From Lama guanicoe (Eukaryota), in NCBI GenBank assembly GCA_013239625.1, contig MU053379.1, positions 2,462,866-2,526,865 of the forward strand: a stretch of 64,000 nt of DNA. Direction: 5' to 3'. How positions within the stretch are numbered: the first letter of the stretch is position 1; the number at the start of each line of letters is the position of its first letter. The translations under genes were made by a program, and so were the position numbers. The notes below the pieces were generated by a model. It was not told where the DNA came from, searched no databases, and saw only the letters and a list, made by a program, of their open reading frames with translations. Shown here in pieces: positions 13,400 to 26,999 of this stretch.

Positions 13400-14060
13400 C
13401 CTCCTTTCCGGAGTCTCCCGCGAGGGGTTTTGAGGTTTGGAGAGGCAAAACCCCGACACTTTACAGGAGCTCCCGACTCTGGCCGCCAGAGGGAGCTGCG
13501 TCGCTGACGCCGTTGCCGAGCAACTCGTGGCCCGGAAGCAGTTCCCCGCTCCGCCCCGCCCCGCGGCAGCTGTGTACGCGGTGATTTCCGGCGGGGCGGG
13601 CGCGCAGTCGCGGCGAACCGGCTTCGGCGGCGGCGGAGCGATGACCACGCTCCGGGCTTTCACGTGCGACGACCTGTTCCGCTTCAACAACATGTGAGTG
13701 AGGCGCGCCCGAGCCGGCGCTCGTGGCCGCGCCCCCTGACCCGGGCCCCGCCGCCGCCCGCGCGTCCCCGGGGCCGCGGAGGGGAGGCCGGGCCGGGCAG
13801 ACGTGCGGGCGCCCCGCCGACCTTGGTCGGGCGCGTAGACGTCACCCCGCAGGCCTGCGCGCGGGCCGGTGCGGGCGCCACTCGGGGGAAGCGGGGCCGG
13901 TGCGGGAGACTCTCAGGGGAAGCGGGGCCGGTGCGGGAGACCCTGGGGGCTGTCTGGGGCGAAGGCGGGGCGCGGGCAGCCGGGCGCACCTGGCGGCGAA
14001 GACCCCGTGTACCTGCGCGGAGCAGCGCTGGGACCGCGCCTTCCCCAGGCTCGGCTGGTT
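13400..14060 (+). promoter_or_regulatory. NAA20: NAA20 CpG-island promoter
   Basis: Very CpG-rich. ETS-like CCGGAAG (~13532) and TTTCCGG, plus GC boxes (CCGCCCCGCCCC, GGGGCGGG), directly upstream of the ATG at 13641. Confidence 0.85.
13641..13693 (+). CDS. NAA20: NAA20 exon 1
   Basis: MTTLRAFTCDDLFRFNN(I); donor GTGAGT. Confidence 0.96.
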
Positions 14061-17000
14061 TTGTGCGTGCCTTTACAGTTTTTGTGTGCCTCTCCGGGAG
14101 GAGTCAGGGCAGGGGGCACCAGCTGGGGGAGGCCCCCTGCGTGCGCTTTCTTTCGGTCGAGTTAAGTTAGGGTCTGTGATTTGCAGGTATCTTTCTCTCT
14201 CCTCTCTCTCAACGTTTTATTGTGAAATTTTCTTAACACTTAAAAGGTTGGCGGAATTGACCGTGAACACCTGTAGACCCATCAGCTGCACTCTATCGTT
14301 AACACTTCGCTGCATTGGCTCCTTACGTTTATGATCATCCATCCATCCATCCATCTATCCATCCATCTTTCCATCAAACCCAAATCCACTGTAAAGATCC
14401 CCGGGGTAGTTATGTGAAAACTAGGGACCGAGTAGTTCAGATTCAGTTGTCAGGAGGATGGACAGAACTTGAGAGGTGGCTAGAAACAAAGAGGGGCTGA
14501 GCCTTGAAGGGTGGATAGTGTTGATAATGAGGAAGCAGGTGCGGAGGTGAGTGAGCCGGCAGTGGGGCCGACGCCTGGCGGAGAAGTGTGACTGTAGAGC
14601 CGGTTTCTGTAGCGAAAGGTCAGAGACCCAGGTGAGACTGGGCTTCTGCTGCATTGTTGGGGGTTTAGCCTTGAACTTTGGGAAGGACTTTCCCTGGGGG
14701 CTCTCCCAGTCGGAGCTGTGCAACTAAGACGACCTTGTGGAGGGCTGGCTGCGCCTGGCCGCACCCGTTTAATCCTCAGCTCTCTAAAGCAGGCCCTCCT
14801 CTCGCCAGCATTTCCCCTGTAAACGAGGGCCCAGGGTGCTGCCCCAGGCGGTAGAGCTCCGCGAGGGAGGGGGTGAAGCTGGAGTCGGATTTAAGGAGAT
14901 TGGCTCCTGGGTGGTGGTTCTCAGAGCGGTCGCTGACCTCCAGGGAACATTGGGGAAATGCCCTGAGCCCCGAGCTCTCCACCGCATAGCTGTGTGGAGC
15001 CAGGCGGCTGGGGGCGGCGGACCAGCCAGGTGAGCCCTTGAGGAGGTCTTAGCAGCCGCCCAGCGGTGCCGGCCTGACAAAGGCTCGGGTTTGGGAAGCG
15101 CAGGCCTGGGAGGGGACAGTGTGCCTTGAGGTTTCAGGAACAGAGGAGGCAAAAGCCTCCTGGAGAATCATTTTTAACTGAAGACCAAAGAAGGGCCAAC
15201 ACTTACATGAAAGCAGACAGAGTAGAAGAGGAATGAGCACTTACTTACGACAGAGCAGTTGATGTCAGAATCCTGGGGCTTGCTCAGGCCACTTCAGAAT
15301 GCGCCAGAGGGGGCCCCTCTTCCTCCTCCTCCTCCTCCTCCTCTGTCTCTCCCTCTGATTGGGGCGCTTCCCTCAGGAGCTCGGAGAGTCTGATGAGGGT
15401 GTTGCAGTGGTAACTGAAGGAAGCAGTGGGTGTACAAACACTGCAGTTCATTTAACACATTTAATTCTTGGAAAAATATTTCATGCCTACTGTGCACCAG
15501 TGCTGAAGACACAGCAGTGAACAGAGCAGGAAAAAAACCTGACCTTTATGAAATTGACATTTTAGAGGGGAAAGCAGGTGGGAAAATACAACATGTAGAA
15601 CTTGGCGTTCAGTGCAAAGACAGATTGAGAGCAGGAGAGGGGAATGGGCCGCGAGCGGGGACGGGGCTTTGGGTGAGGTGTTCAGGGAAAGGGCCACTGC
15701 AGAAAGGCCGGGGGCGGGGCTGAGCACGTGGCTGCTGGGGCAGGGAACTTCCGGCAGAGGGAAGAGTGCCCACATTCTGCTTCAGACGGGGGTTGGGGGG
15801 GAGGCTGGTGTGAGTGCGACGTTGGAGTCAAAGGGCTAGACGTTGGAGAGACCATTGGAGGACTCAGGCCCCTGCCAAGTGCGCTGAGACCCCCAGGCGG
15901 AGGAGCCCGTGGGCATCCCCGCACAGGACTCTCAAATTTAGGTCTGGGCTAAGGATAGGAATTTAGGTGTCAGCACTGCTTAGATGGTGTTCAAACCAGG
16001 AGGCTGAGTGACAGCAGTGGTGGATTGAGTGGGACAGAAAAAAGGCTCCAGGATGGCGCTCCAGGGCACCAGGTGTTCGGGGAAGGAGCCACCATGGCCC
16101 AGTGACGAGGGACGAAAACCTGATGGTTGACCTCGGGCTGAGTGAGGACAGCATCTCAGGAGGACAGAGCCGTGAGCTGTTAAGAGCTGCTGGTGGCTGT
16201 GTGTGCAGCACACCTGTACGCTCTTTCAGGGCGGCCAGGTCCCGGGTCCCGAGAAGCGGTGGGATCTGCTCACCAGCACTCCCAGCCTGGGTGCGGAGCA
16301 GGCGGGGGTGTGGGGTGGACCTTGGTAAAGCTTTCTTCTTACTGTTGCGTTATCTTTGTGAACCGGGAAGCAGCTGAGATGGAAGGGGTGGAGAGTTGAG
16401 GTGGGGTGAGAGGGTGTCAGGGAGTGGTTCTCCGGGTATGGGCTGGGGCGCCTCAGGGTTAGTTTGGGGATTCTGCAGGGTCGGGGCTGTTTTCATGATA
16501 ATACTAAGTGGGGTTTGGTTTTGTTTTGTTTTTGCCTATTTCATTCTCACGAGTACACAGTGGCATTTTCCACACGTACAGTCTTGCAACAGCAAGCATA
16601 ACACACAGAAATGAGAGCCCAGCTGTTTTCTGTTAAATAGCCAGACATAGAGGCCTGTAAAATTGTTAAAACAGGGCCATTCTTGTCACTGTTCTTTCAT
16701 GTTTTTGAAAATAAAAACTTTGGAAAAAAAGTTAGTTATTAATATGTAACTTATTTATTATTTTAAAGGAGCATTGAAAAAGTTTAAATGTCAATAGATA
16801 AAACTCATGTTAAACAGAAGTTCTTTGGGGTCGTCGATAATCTTTGAGTGTAAAGGGGTTCTGAAGTCACAAGGTTTGAAGACTGCTGGGCCTTGTTAAG
16901 GATCCCTAGGAATCTTCTGACTGGATGCGCAAGAGGAGGAGTCAGAGTCAGAGTGGCCGCTTGAGGACAGGAGGGCCGGGGCCGCGCTCTGCCGTGGCAG

Positions 17001-20000
17001 TGGACAACGGGCTTTCAGATGCACTGCCTTAGGAGTGTGTGCTCGGTCGTGTGTGCTGGCGAGGCGGCGCCAGGGCCAGGTCGCGTCCCCTCCTCCCAGG
17101 ACAGGATGGATGTGTGCCAACGGGCAGTGGGGCTGGGCGGCAGGAGTGTGGAAGGGGAGTGGGAGGAACAGCCCGCGTGGTGAGAGCGCCCGCGAATAGC
17201 AGGGACGCGGGAGCGGGGCTTGGCGGGGGGGGGGGCAGCCTGTCAGGTGCTCCCAGACTCCTTCCACCCCAGACTGAGTCACGTGCCTGGCTGACCCCCT
17301 TTCACTAACAGTTTATTGCCGTTTAGAAAATGGTTTTGGTGATGATGTATGGACAGTAAAGTAACTTGTAAAGCAGCAGCAGCTAAGTGAAAATGTACAG
17401 ATTTCTTTATTGTGGCGGCAGTGACAGCTCATTACGGCCATTAGGTAGGTAGGTTAAACCGTCGTAGCTCTCAAGGTGGTTTTAAAGTTGTGGCTGTAGC
17501 ATGTTCCTCCTGTGGACATTAATGCTCGTTTAGTTGGCTTATTTAAACTGGTTTTGTGAACTGTGCTAACTATTGACACTTCTCTTGTTTCTTTTAGTAA
17601 CTTGGATCCACTTACAGAAACTGTATCCTTTTTAAAGAACGTTACAAGAGGGCTTAGTTAGAGTAAGGAGAATAGAGAAACAACAAGGAAACACAGATTT
17701 GAGTACTGAAAAACTTTAAAACTTAGAGGTCAGGAAACATCATAAGCAACAAGGAAAGCAATTAAAAAAAAAATCCTTGGAACAAGCATTGTCCTAAATC
17801 TGCCTGTCAAGCTGCTACTATAATGACCTCAGAAATCGAGACCAGCACAGTCTGCTGCCCACGCTGCCCTCAGCGGCGAGCACAGCCGTGAACAGCAGGA
17901 AGCAGTGACTCTAGAAAATGGGCGATTTCTGTCTAACGTGCACGAAGTCAGGGGATGACAAGCGGCCCGCGGTGGTTCTGTGAAGTCACTGGACCCACTG
18001 CCCGTCCCCGGGTGGCCCTGCCTCCTGTGCATCGCAGTCGTGTCCTGGCAGGAGAACCAACAGATGGGGTGGGGGGAGTGTCCTCCCCAGACCCACAGGC
18101 ACCTTTGGGAAGCAGGACGCAGCCTCTGCTCCACTCGACCAGCACCTGCCTCGCGCCACACTTACCTGTCTGAAACATCCTGCGAGTGAGCCAGCTTTAA
18201 ATTGGGCGTGTTGCTGAAATGCAAAAAGGATTTGGGGTAACAGTTAGTATTTATCATGCTCCCCAATAGAAAAATGATCAAAGCTTTGTGAAATTAGGGT
18301 TCTCTGACCCTAACAGACAACCCCCACATTATCAGTGGCTTAAAACACAAAGTTGGATTTCTGGGTTGTACTCCACGCCCACTGCAGGGTAGGAGGGTGC
18401 TATTAGTTGGTAATTTAACAAAGAGGGCATGTGGAAGGCTAATGAGCACGGTAGGAGTTCAGTCTCACCAATCAAAAGACACATGCATATTAAGGCCAAA
18501 ATGAGGTGCCATATTGTGTATGTCAGATTATCAAGGACTTTAAATAGTGATGAAACTCAGTCCTCCCACAAACCGCGAGAGACAGAGTCAGCTGCTTGTC
18601 TTTCTGGATAAACGTTGGTAATGTAATACCTGTGATGCGTTTTCCTGGAAGCTGAAGACAGTAACATGGAGGCCAGTGTGTCAGGGCTGGCGCACCGAGG
18701 CACAGAGCCGGACCTGGCCCACCGCCTGCTGTTGTGAGTGAGGCTTCACTGGCCCCAGCCCCGGTGGACAGCTCACACGCCGTCTGTGGCCTGTCCTGGG
18801 GCTCTCGTGGTTGAGGGGTCGCAGCGGGGACCACGTGGCCCACGCTGCCTTGAATGTTCACAGTCTGGGTGGTAATAGGAAGTGTTACTGTTCGCCCCGT
18901 CAGTGGAGAGCTAGACAGCAGTAAAAACTGACAGTGGGGCTGTGTATCCGAAACAAAGCTAGGTGGAGAAAGCAAAAAAAAATTTTCTCCTGAATTTTCA
19001 TTTGTATTTTAAAAATGATGACCTATTAAAGATGTCTCCCTGTTTTTGAAAAAGTGAAAGGATTTCGAAGAATTCTGAATGACAAGGGAAGGTATCAGGA
19101 TGCAGAGCGGCTTACAGGATGTGCTTCCAGTTACACTTAAAGTTTTCAGCAAAAGCCCCGTCACCCAGCTGAGGCCGTTTCCGAGTCAGCGGCAGGGCTC
19201 CATGGTCTGTGTGGCGCCGGGGGCCCCCGGTAGCGGTGGCTGCGGTGCGCGTCGGTGTCTGGACGGCGGTGGATGGCAGGACCACTTGCTGGCCGGCCAT
19301 GTTCAGCGTTCTGTTTGAAGAGACAGAAGGCTGTCCTTCAGAAGAGAGTTTGAACAATTTACTACTGAACAGATTTTCCAGGAACTTTAAAAAAAAAAAG
19401 CTATGGATGCTGGTGTCCCTTGCAGAGCTGCAGCAGTGAGCGCACAGCACGGAGAGGCGCGGGAGCGGGCGGGCCGGCGAGGGCGCTGGGCCAAGGAATT
19501 GAGGAATGAGCAGGTTCCTTGGGCGCTCTCTCCAGGTCGGGGTTTTTTGGGGGGCATTACTAGAAATGGAGAATTTGAATCAGTGGAGGGGAAAAACTGG
19601 GCTTAAGTTGCCTTTGGAAGTACTTATGTTTAAGGTTATTTCATGGTCCTACAGCTGAAGCTAGTGTAGGAGCTGCTCATTACTTTCCCAGAGCAGGGAC
19701 GGGAGAATAGACGCGCTCAGCATCTGCCGTGCCGAGCACCAGGGACGCAGTGAGCGTGACACTCACGTTGTCAGGGGGACAGACGGTGAACAGGAGCATC
19801 AGGTGGTGACAAGCGCCATGCAGAGACCCGGGCCAGCGCGCTCAGCGGGGAGACCGGCCAGAGCGTGGGTCCTGGCTCTCTGCTGTCTCCTGAACACTTG
19901 TGTAGGCACGCAGTTACGGAAGTCACAGCTTGGGCTGGGATCAGGGAGACAGTACGCTTTTTAAAGGAAACCTCCTTCAGCACACTGGACTGTCCGTCAC

Positions 20001-23000
20001 TTCCCTGCTCCTTAACGAGCCCCAGTACGGGATCCCCTTCTACCTGCAGTACCTCGCCCACTGGCCGGAGTATTTCATCGTGGCAGAGGCGCCCGGCGGG
20101 GAGCTGATGGGTTACAGTGAGTATCCCACCGCCGGTGCGCTGGGGGAGGCAGGTCAGATGAAAGGAGAGGTTTTAACTGATTATTTGAGATCAGCTGCAG
20201 AGTTGGAATTATAATCATGATCATTTTATCCCCTTTTCAGCCATTTGACAACTCGCTGATGCCCTGATGTTTTAGGCGCTGTGCTAGGCCCAGGGCGTAC
20301 GGCAGTGACTGGGCAGTCTTCTTGGATCTTTTGTTCTGTATTTACATTAAATTTCTACATGATTTGGTACATAACGCAGAGATTGTACCATCCGCATTGA
20401 ATTAGTAGCCTTGCTAACAAAAATTTGAGCATACATACTCTGGTTCTGTGTTCAAAATTAGTTGTGTTTTTAGTATCATTCCTTTAAAACCGTTTTAAAA
20501 TTCTGATTCTACAATTAGATTTAACATTATATTTACAAGTGAAATTCAAATAAAAGCACTCATAACCATCAGCTAGATGACTTTATTACGTAGAAATCAG
20601 AACCATCATTACTTTCTTGTAAATGAGAATGTGCCCACAGTACTTGTCTGTGTGTCCCTCCCGTGTTGCGTGACTGGTGGTCTCCCGTTGGCAGTCATGG
20701 GGAAAGCGGAAGGCTCCGTGGCGCGGGAGGAGTGGCACGGCCACGTCACCGCTCTGTCTGTTGCCCCCGAGTTCCGACGCCTCGGTCTGGCTGCGAAGCT
20801 TATGGAGCTGTTAGAGGAGATTTCAGAGAGGTAAGAGCCGGCTTTTCAAATCATAATTTATGAGCTCTAACCATTTCATTTTTCTGTTGGTGAACATTTA
20901 TAAGGTTTTTTTCCTTCAGGCTGAGTATCTATCATGCTTTCCAGTTTTATAGGAATTTCATTTTCAGCTTCTAATGATCCTTACAACAGTTCTGTCACAC
21001 TGGGTGATATTATTGTCCTTTGAGGAAAATTAAGGCAAAGTGAGTGACGTGTCTTGGGCTCATGAGCTGAGTAATTAGTGGACTCAAAATCTAGCCCTCG
21101 GAGGTTTGTCCCTGTGGCACATGGTCCTGTGTTCTCTGTGATGCTGTCCTGGCATCTCTGGTTTCTCACAGTGCCCTAGGCTGAAAGAGAAGTTTAGTCT
21201 TAAGCAGCTGGATCCTAACGGCTTACTAAGTATTTATGGCCTGGCAGGCTGAGATGTCCAAGTAGTTAAATTCATGGAACCAAAGAGTGGAGTGGTGGCC
21301 AGGAGGGGAAGTTACTAGTCAGTGGGCATGAGCTCCCGGTTAACAAGGGAGATAAGCTCTAGAGCCAGATGCACATCAGACCTACATAGTCAGCACTAAT
21401 GTACATTTAAAGTTTATTAAAAGAGCGTAGATCTCATAGTAAATGCTCTTGGGACAGTAAGATTGAAAAATGATAAAAACGCATTTTGTTTACAGGAAAT
21501 ATGTGTAAAGGTTAAAGATACACAAATGTTTAAAGTTACTATGTAAGTTCTAACTAAAGGAGCGTGTATTTAAATTAACAAGTCATATTATAGCAGTAAT
21601 TACCAGAATGAAAAAGGGTCACTGCATGTTAATAAAAGATTTAATCCATCAGGAAAATAATAAAAAGTTTTAGGTACCCAGTGACATAAGATAAAAATGC
21701 AACAAATGACAAAACTACAAGAAATCAGTCACCTTAAGGGCAGACGTGAACGTGCTTCTTTCTGATTGTTAGAACAATCAGGGACCGATCAAGGGTACAG
21801 AACAGGGGTCAGCAAGCTCGCTTACTGGGCCACGTAGTAAATACGAGGCTTCACAGGCCAGCTAAGGTCCCTGCTGTGTTATGTTTATATGTATATATTT
21901 TTTATTATAAACAACCCTTCAAAATTGTAAAAAAAACAAACAAAAAACATTCTCAGCTTGACAGCAGTACAAAAATAGGCTGCAGGTGACCCTTGCCTTA
22001 ACTAATTTCAGTCAGTACTCAGAAGTCCACAAGGAAAGCTATGGCTTCTCTGGCAAATTTTACCAACTATTAATGACTATAAATTCACTTTTACACAAAC
22101 AAAATGAGGGAACAGTCCTCAACTTTTTATTTTTTTTAAGGCTACAAAACTTCACAAGAAATACAAGGAAGGAAAATTTGAGGAAAATCTCATGAGAAAT
22201 AGATTAAATAACAGATTAAAAGAAAACGTTTGATATCTCAGTAAATGTAGAAAAAGCTTTGATAAAATCCATTGCTCATTCTTGAATTCTCGATTAAAAA
22301 CTAGGGAAACAGAAAGGAAACAGAAGGGGATAACTGCCTTAACGTGAAAAAAGAATACTCACTAGAGATCTGTGTAAGTGTCAGTGGCGATGCAATGAAT
22401 GCTCCCCTCTGAGACCCGGGCAGGACAGGCCTTCCTACGGTCAGCCTCCCCTCAGTGCTTTACTGGAAATCCTCGCCCACACAGGAAAGTGAGAAAAAAG
22501 ACACAGGGATCGAGAAGAAACCAAACTTACTTTGGATAGATTGATCGTACAAATAGGAAGCCTACAAGAATCTACAAATAACTGTTTAGAATTAACAGAA
22601 GTTAAGCAGAGCCGTTGGGTACTATACAAACAGAGACATCTGGAAAAGGATGCTGTCTGCCCTGGCAGCCTGCAGTACGCCCTCAGGGAACGTCTGACAG
22701 AAGCTGTGCACGGCCTGCCGGAGGCGTAACAGCTCTGGGTACTAAGTAGAGAAGCCACCTCGGCAGCACACTGGTCGTTAACCCCGAGTCAGTGTGACTG
22801 CAGTCCAAGTCTCAAGTCTTTTCCTGAAACTTCCAGGGGAATGGAAGGAAGGAGCCAAAAAGGGACAACACATTTTGAACACAACAAAACCAGCGGATCT
22901 GACACCCCCCCCCCCCAGTATCAAAGTGTACCGAGCAGTCGCTGGGGTGGCTGTGCAGAGCAGGGGACAGGGCTGCAGAGCAGGGACACGGATGCGGCCA

Positions 23001-24933
23001 CACCTCGGAGGAGGGGCCTGGGATCAGTGGTGAAGGGTGCGCGTTCCAGTGAAGGTGGTGGCAACACTGCACATCCACAGGGAAAATTCTTCCCACACCA
23101 GTACCTTCCCACACACACACCTCCAGGCCTGTTAACAGCTAGATGCGAAAAGCAAAGCTAAAAAGCCCTCTGAAGCGCCTTCAGAGGGGACTGTCTCCAT
23201 GACCTCAGGGTAGAACAGAACTTCTCAGGCCGTAATAAGTGCTGACTGTACAAGCTCAGGGCAGTGCAGGGACCGTTCATCAAAAGATGCAGACGACAAG
23301 CCACAGACTGGACACAGCGCCGCGCCGTGCGTCACATGACAGTGAGCACGCAGAACGCTCGAGCGCTTCGGGTTGGGGGGTGCAGCAAGGGCCACACAGA
23401 ATGAGAAATCGAAATGGCCGACAAGGAGATTCAGCCTGGTTAGCCATCGGGCGCGCCAGCCCAGGTACCCTGAGATGCCGTGGTATTGTAAGGTTTTCAA
23501 ACATAAAATTCAGCTGCGCCCAGCCTCCTGCCGTGGGAAGGGGTCTTACCCTTCTGTGGGGGTGTCAGGTGGCACACACAGGTGGGAGACAGGCGTTACC
23601 TGATCAAGCTGAAGATGTCCCTGTGAGCCAGCGGTGACACTCCTGCTGTAGACCTTAGGCACTGTACTGTGAGACACAATAAAATATTCATAGCAGCGCA
23701 GCTGGTTTATCAGTAGGCCCACGGACGGCCCCTCCGTCCACACGGTGGACCATGAGCCAGGACGTGGACCACGCAGCTCCGGCTGCCTGGGGCAGGTCAC
23801 TGGAGAGGAGTCTGCTGTGGTTTACAGGGCGCTCCCACAGAGGACCCAACAGGACAGGTGGGCGACCTACAGCAAAAAGCCAGGTGCTGACGATCATACA
23901 AGTTAGGACGCGGGGACCTCGGGGTCAGGGGGGCTGGCACTGACCAGGGGGACCTAAGGGCTTCAGGGTTGTGACCAGTGTCCTGGAGCTACATGGCCAC
24001 ACCGGTGCTTTCTTCAGAATCTTTAAATTGTGCATTTGAGTGGAACTATGTATGTCTAATTGGTAATCACTATGATACCAAATACACTAATTTTTTTAAA
24101 CCCAGTTTGCAGAATTGTGGTTTAAATAAAATGCTTTAATGTTTATCTTTTAAGTAAGCCCGTAGGTTTTGAAATGTTAACATGCAGAGTCATCTTCGTG
24201 TGCTGCAAAGTGGACACCGCGACGTCATCAGACGCAGGGTCCTGTTCGGCCCCCGACGAACAGTCAAAGCAGGTATTGTTTTAAAAGAAGTGTTTCCTAG
24301 GAGTCATCCTGTTCCTTTGTTTTCCCTTTGTAATTACAGGAAGGGCGGGTTTTTTGTCGATCTCTTTGTGAGAGTGTCTAACCAGGTCGCGGTCAGCATG
24401 TACAAGCAGCTGGGCTACAGCGTGTACAGGACGGTCATCGAGTACTACTCGGCCAGCAACGGGGAGCCCGACGAGGACGCCTACGGTGAGCCGGCCTCCG
24501 GGCGGCGCCCGCTCGCTCTAGCGCTCCGGGAGGGGCCGTGTTAGTGGGACTCAGTACCTGAGTCCCCCCCAGCCTGCCTTTACCAGCCCACCCTGACTAG
24601 CTAGCAGGTGGTCACCTGCCGCCAGCTGTCTTGCTCTGCTGCGGGCATCTGTTAGCTGCCTCCCAGCGGGGCGTGGTTGGTCTGACTCGTGACTGGGAGT
24701 CCAGTCCAGACAGGAATACATCTGTCAGTGTCTGGTGGCAGCTGGGGTCAGGGACAAACCTCTTACGGGAACTTCACTGTATACATTAAATCTGATATAA
24801 AATACCCTGCTGTCGGGGTACTTACACCAGACTTTGTGTCCTGACAGACATGAGGAAGGCACTTTCCAGGGACACCGAGAAGAAGTCCATCATACCGCTG
24901 CCTCACCCGGTGAGGCCGGAAGACATCGAATAG
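13641..24933 (+). CDS. NAA20: N-alpha-acetyltransferase 20 (NatB catalytic subunit), complete spliced CDS, 178 aa
   Basis: join(13641-13693,17598-17622,20026-20116,20695-20830,24340-24485,24848-24933) = 537 nt, open frame MTTLRAFTCDDLFRFNNINLDPLTETYGIPFYLQYLAHWPE...HPVRPEDIE*. GNAT motif RRLGLA. Confidence 0.97.
14335..14366 (+). repeat. (CCAT)n microsatellite
   Basis: catccatccatccatccatctatccatccatc. Confidence 0.85.
15440..16200. mobile_element. Degraded L2-like LINE
   Basis: 'ttcatttaacacattt...tgcctactgtgcaccagtgctg...acacagcagtgaacagagcag' is a typical L2 3' end pattern. Confidence 0.5.
17598..17622 (+). CDS. NAA20: NAA20 exon 2 (25-nt microexon, followed by U12 donor)
   Basis: tttcttttag|T AAC TTG GAT CCA CTT ACA GAA ACT|GTATCCTTT = (I)NLDPLTET. 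Confidence 0.95.
17623..20025 (+). other. NAA20: U12-type (minor spliceosome) GT-AG intron
   Basis: 5' splice site GTATCCTTT at 17623. Branch point TCCTTAAC at 20009-20016, close to the AG at 20024-20025 with no polypyrimidine tract after it. Confidence 0.95.
20026..20116 (+). CDS. NAA20: NAA20 exon 3
   Basis: YGIPFYLQYLAHWPEYFIVAEAPGGELMGY; donor GTGAGT. Confidence 0.96.
20695..20830 (+). CDS. NAA20: NAA20 exon 4
   Basis: MGKAEGSVAREEWHGHVTALSVAPEFRRLGLAAKLMELLEEISE; CAG acceptor, GTAAGA donor. Confidence 0.97.
21600..23900 (+). mobile_element. Highly degraded old L1 with nested MER58-like element (~21800-21990)
   Basis: L1 ORF2-like tracts ('atctcagtaaatgtagaaaaagctttgataaaatcca', 'ggcaaattttaccaa'). 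MER58 terminus 'caggggtcagcaa'. Confidence 0.55.
24340..24485 (+). CDS. NAA20: NAA20 exon 5
   Basis: KGGFFVDLFVRVSNQVAVSMYKQLGYSVYRTVIEYYSASNGEPDEDAY; CAG acceptor, GTGAG donor. Confidence 0.97.
24848..24933 (+). CDS. NAA20: NAA20 exon 6 (coding part)
   Basis: (D)MRKALSRDTEKKSIIPLPHPVRPEDIE*; TAG at 24931-24933. Confidence 0.96.
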
Positions 24934-25345
24934 CCACGGGCAGTGGTTCCCAGGCCGAGGCGCTCCCGGTAGTTTATGGACAATAGGGTTTTCATTAGTT
25001 GACCGTGGAGCGCTATTAGGAGAAAAGGGAATCGTTCGGATCGTAAAGACTTCAAGAAAGTACAGGCTGTAAGCGTATTTTAAATCTCATTTCCAATTAG
25101 CAATATCATACCTTCTAAAGCTGTTCATTGTAACAAAAGTCAACCAAAAAGGCAGCTTGGTCAGAAGGAACGTTCCACTGCCACAGTCCCTACAAGCAGA
25201 TTCATGGTATGCCGGGGGAAAGCCTGCTCCAGCCTCCTAAATTCTGTGCCTGAGAACCACTGCTGCATTGATTTTTTTTATTTTGTATTGAACTGTTCAT
25301 TGAAGCTTTAAAAGCATATATGAAATGTCTAAACCCAAGATGTAT

Positions 25346-25351
25346 AATAAA
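25346..25351 (+). terminator. NAA20: NAA20 polyadenylation signal AATAAA
   Basis: AATAAA ~410 nt after the stop, preceded by TGTA and followed by GT-rich sequence. Confidence 0.7.
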
Positions 25352-26251
25352 ATGCACTGTTGACGCTGAATGTTTTGTGAAAGTGTGCTGGTCATTTATA
25401 AAACTAATCAAGATCGAGGAAGGTCATCATTTAGGATCTGTTGTTTCTCCTGGAGTTTAGTTTATATACGAAGCGTTCTCAGGGTGCGTCCCTGAACGGC
25501 CCCTGCCCAGCACACCCAAGCGTCCTCCTCACTGCACAGGGCGTTCTTCCCGCACGCTTGCTTCCACACCGCCCGTCTCAGATCCTTGTCTCATCTCTCT
25601 GCTTAAATCCTGCCTTTCAAAACATAGGAAGATGCTAAGGTTTATTTAAAGGGGAAAAGAATCCCAAATTCCTAAAGAAAGGCCACGTCACCAGAGTGCA
25701 GGCTCACACGGTTTCCACGTACTTTTCATTACCTGTAGTCTAGTCTGAAAATACCCCACGAGGAAAAGCAGCAGCTAAAGAAACCCGCAGAAATGGTGAC
25801 TAAAAACCACCTCCTTTTGAAAGGACTTTGGTGGAGTGGCGGGTGAGAGAAAAGCGAGCTCTTTAACTTTCCCTTCCACGCGTTTTCACACCGGCACGCC
25901 GTGTGCCTGAGTGGGGCTGGGGTTCACACTGAGACCCTGACTGCTGGTCCTCTGCTCGCACGTACATGCCGCGTCAACAGTGGGGTTGTGACCAGTCACT
26001 TACAGTAGCATTCTGGCCTGTTTTCACGTGCCCCTGCGCACTTAGCCAGCTCGCATCTCGGTGTTCCTCCTCACCGGCTGGACAGACCTCGGTCCTTGAA
26101 GGTCAGAGCCTGTGACCCCAGGAGCCGACGCCGGCCCGCGGCTGAAGCAGCGAGGCCGAAAGTAGGTTTGCTTTTACCTGCTGGTCCTCGTCCCTTCTGC
26201 CCGCCAACACTTGTACGTTCAAGATACAATTCAGTACCACGCTGACTAGTT

Positions 26252-26257
26252 TTTATT
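26252..26257 (-). terminator. CRNKL1: Probable CRNKL1 polyadenylation signal (AATAAA on minus strand)
   Basis: TTTATT on + strand at the end of a block that is U-rich on the minus strand. No earlier minus-strand AATAAA noticed after the stop codon. Confidence 0.55.
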
Positions 26258-26999
26258 CCCCACAGTGAATACATTTGAAAATCTACTAACAAATTTGCAA
26301 ATAAAAAATTTCCTAATTGTCCTTACAGGTGAAAAAACATGATACAGTTCTAGTCAAATAGCTTGGTCAGTGAACAAAACAAAAAACAGGCTTGAGAAAT
26401 ACAGGCCAGATTAAAGGAGACAATCTCTCAGACCGGTTAATTAAGGCCAACGTTTTCTGCTTGAACATACAAGTAACATCATCAACCAGCAAATACATCA
26501 CCCCGCGCGCCGCTGCTTTACTTCATCACTTAGCACACTCTGTACCAGGGCTCAGTTTAAGGCATCAGGTTTTACGGGCAGGCGGTCTCTGGCGCAGCAC
26601 TTGGCAATGGTTACCAGTATTCTGGGTGGAAGCGGTTCCCTGTCCACTGAGTTTGGGAAGTTCGGCCAGCACTGCTCCTGGGGATTCAGTGTCTGGGAGC
26701 CTGTCACAGGCTCTGAGAGGCCTAACTATAGAGAGGTCTGTCAACAAGGCCCACCCTTCACCCAGGGTTTCCCAAGCTCACTGGGGCATGGGACCCGAAT
26801 CGCAGCTCTTGTATTACTGTTCTTTAAACAAGCCACTACAGAGCTGAGCCAGTCTGGGAAACTGATTACAGTATAACTGAAGTTCAACAAAAAGGTTCTT
26901 GTTAAAAAGAACTTGTTGAGAAATACAGTCACTGTAACTTTCCAACTAGTGTCTTCAAAAGCACTTAGTATAAATGGCCATTAAGAGGGCACAGATATT

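Noticed and set aside
13664..14334. Several long overlapping ORFs and a 2-copy GGGGAAGCGGGGCCGGTGCGGGAGAC repeat in NAA20 intron 1
   Set aside because: Stop-poor CpG-island sequence and a simple local duplication; no coding signature.
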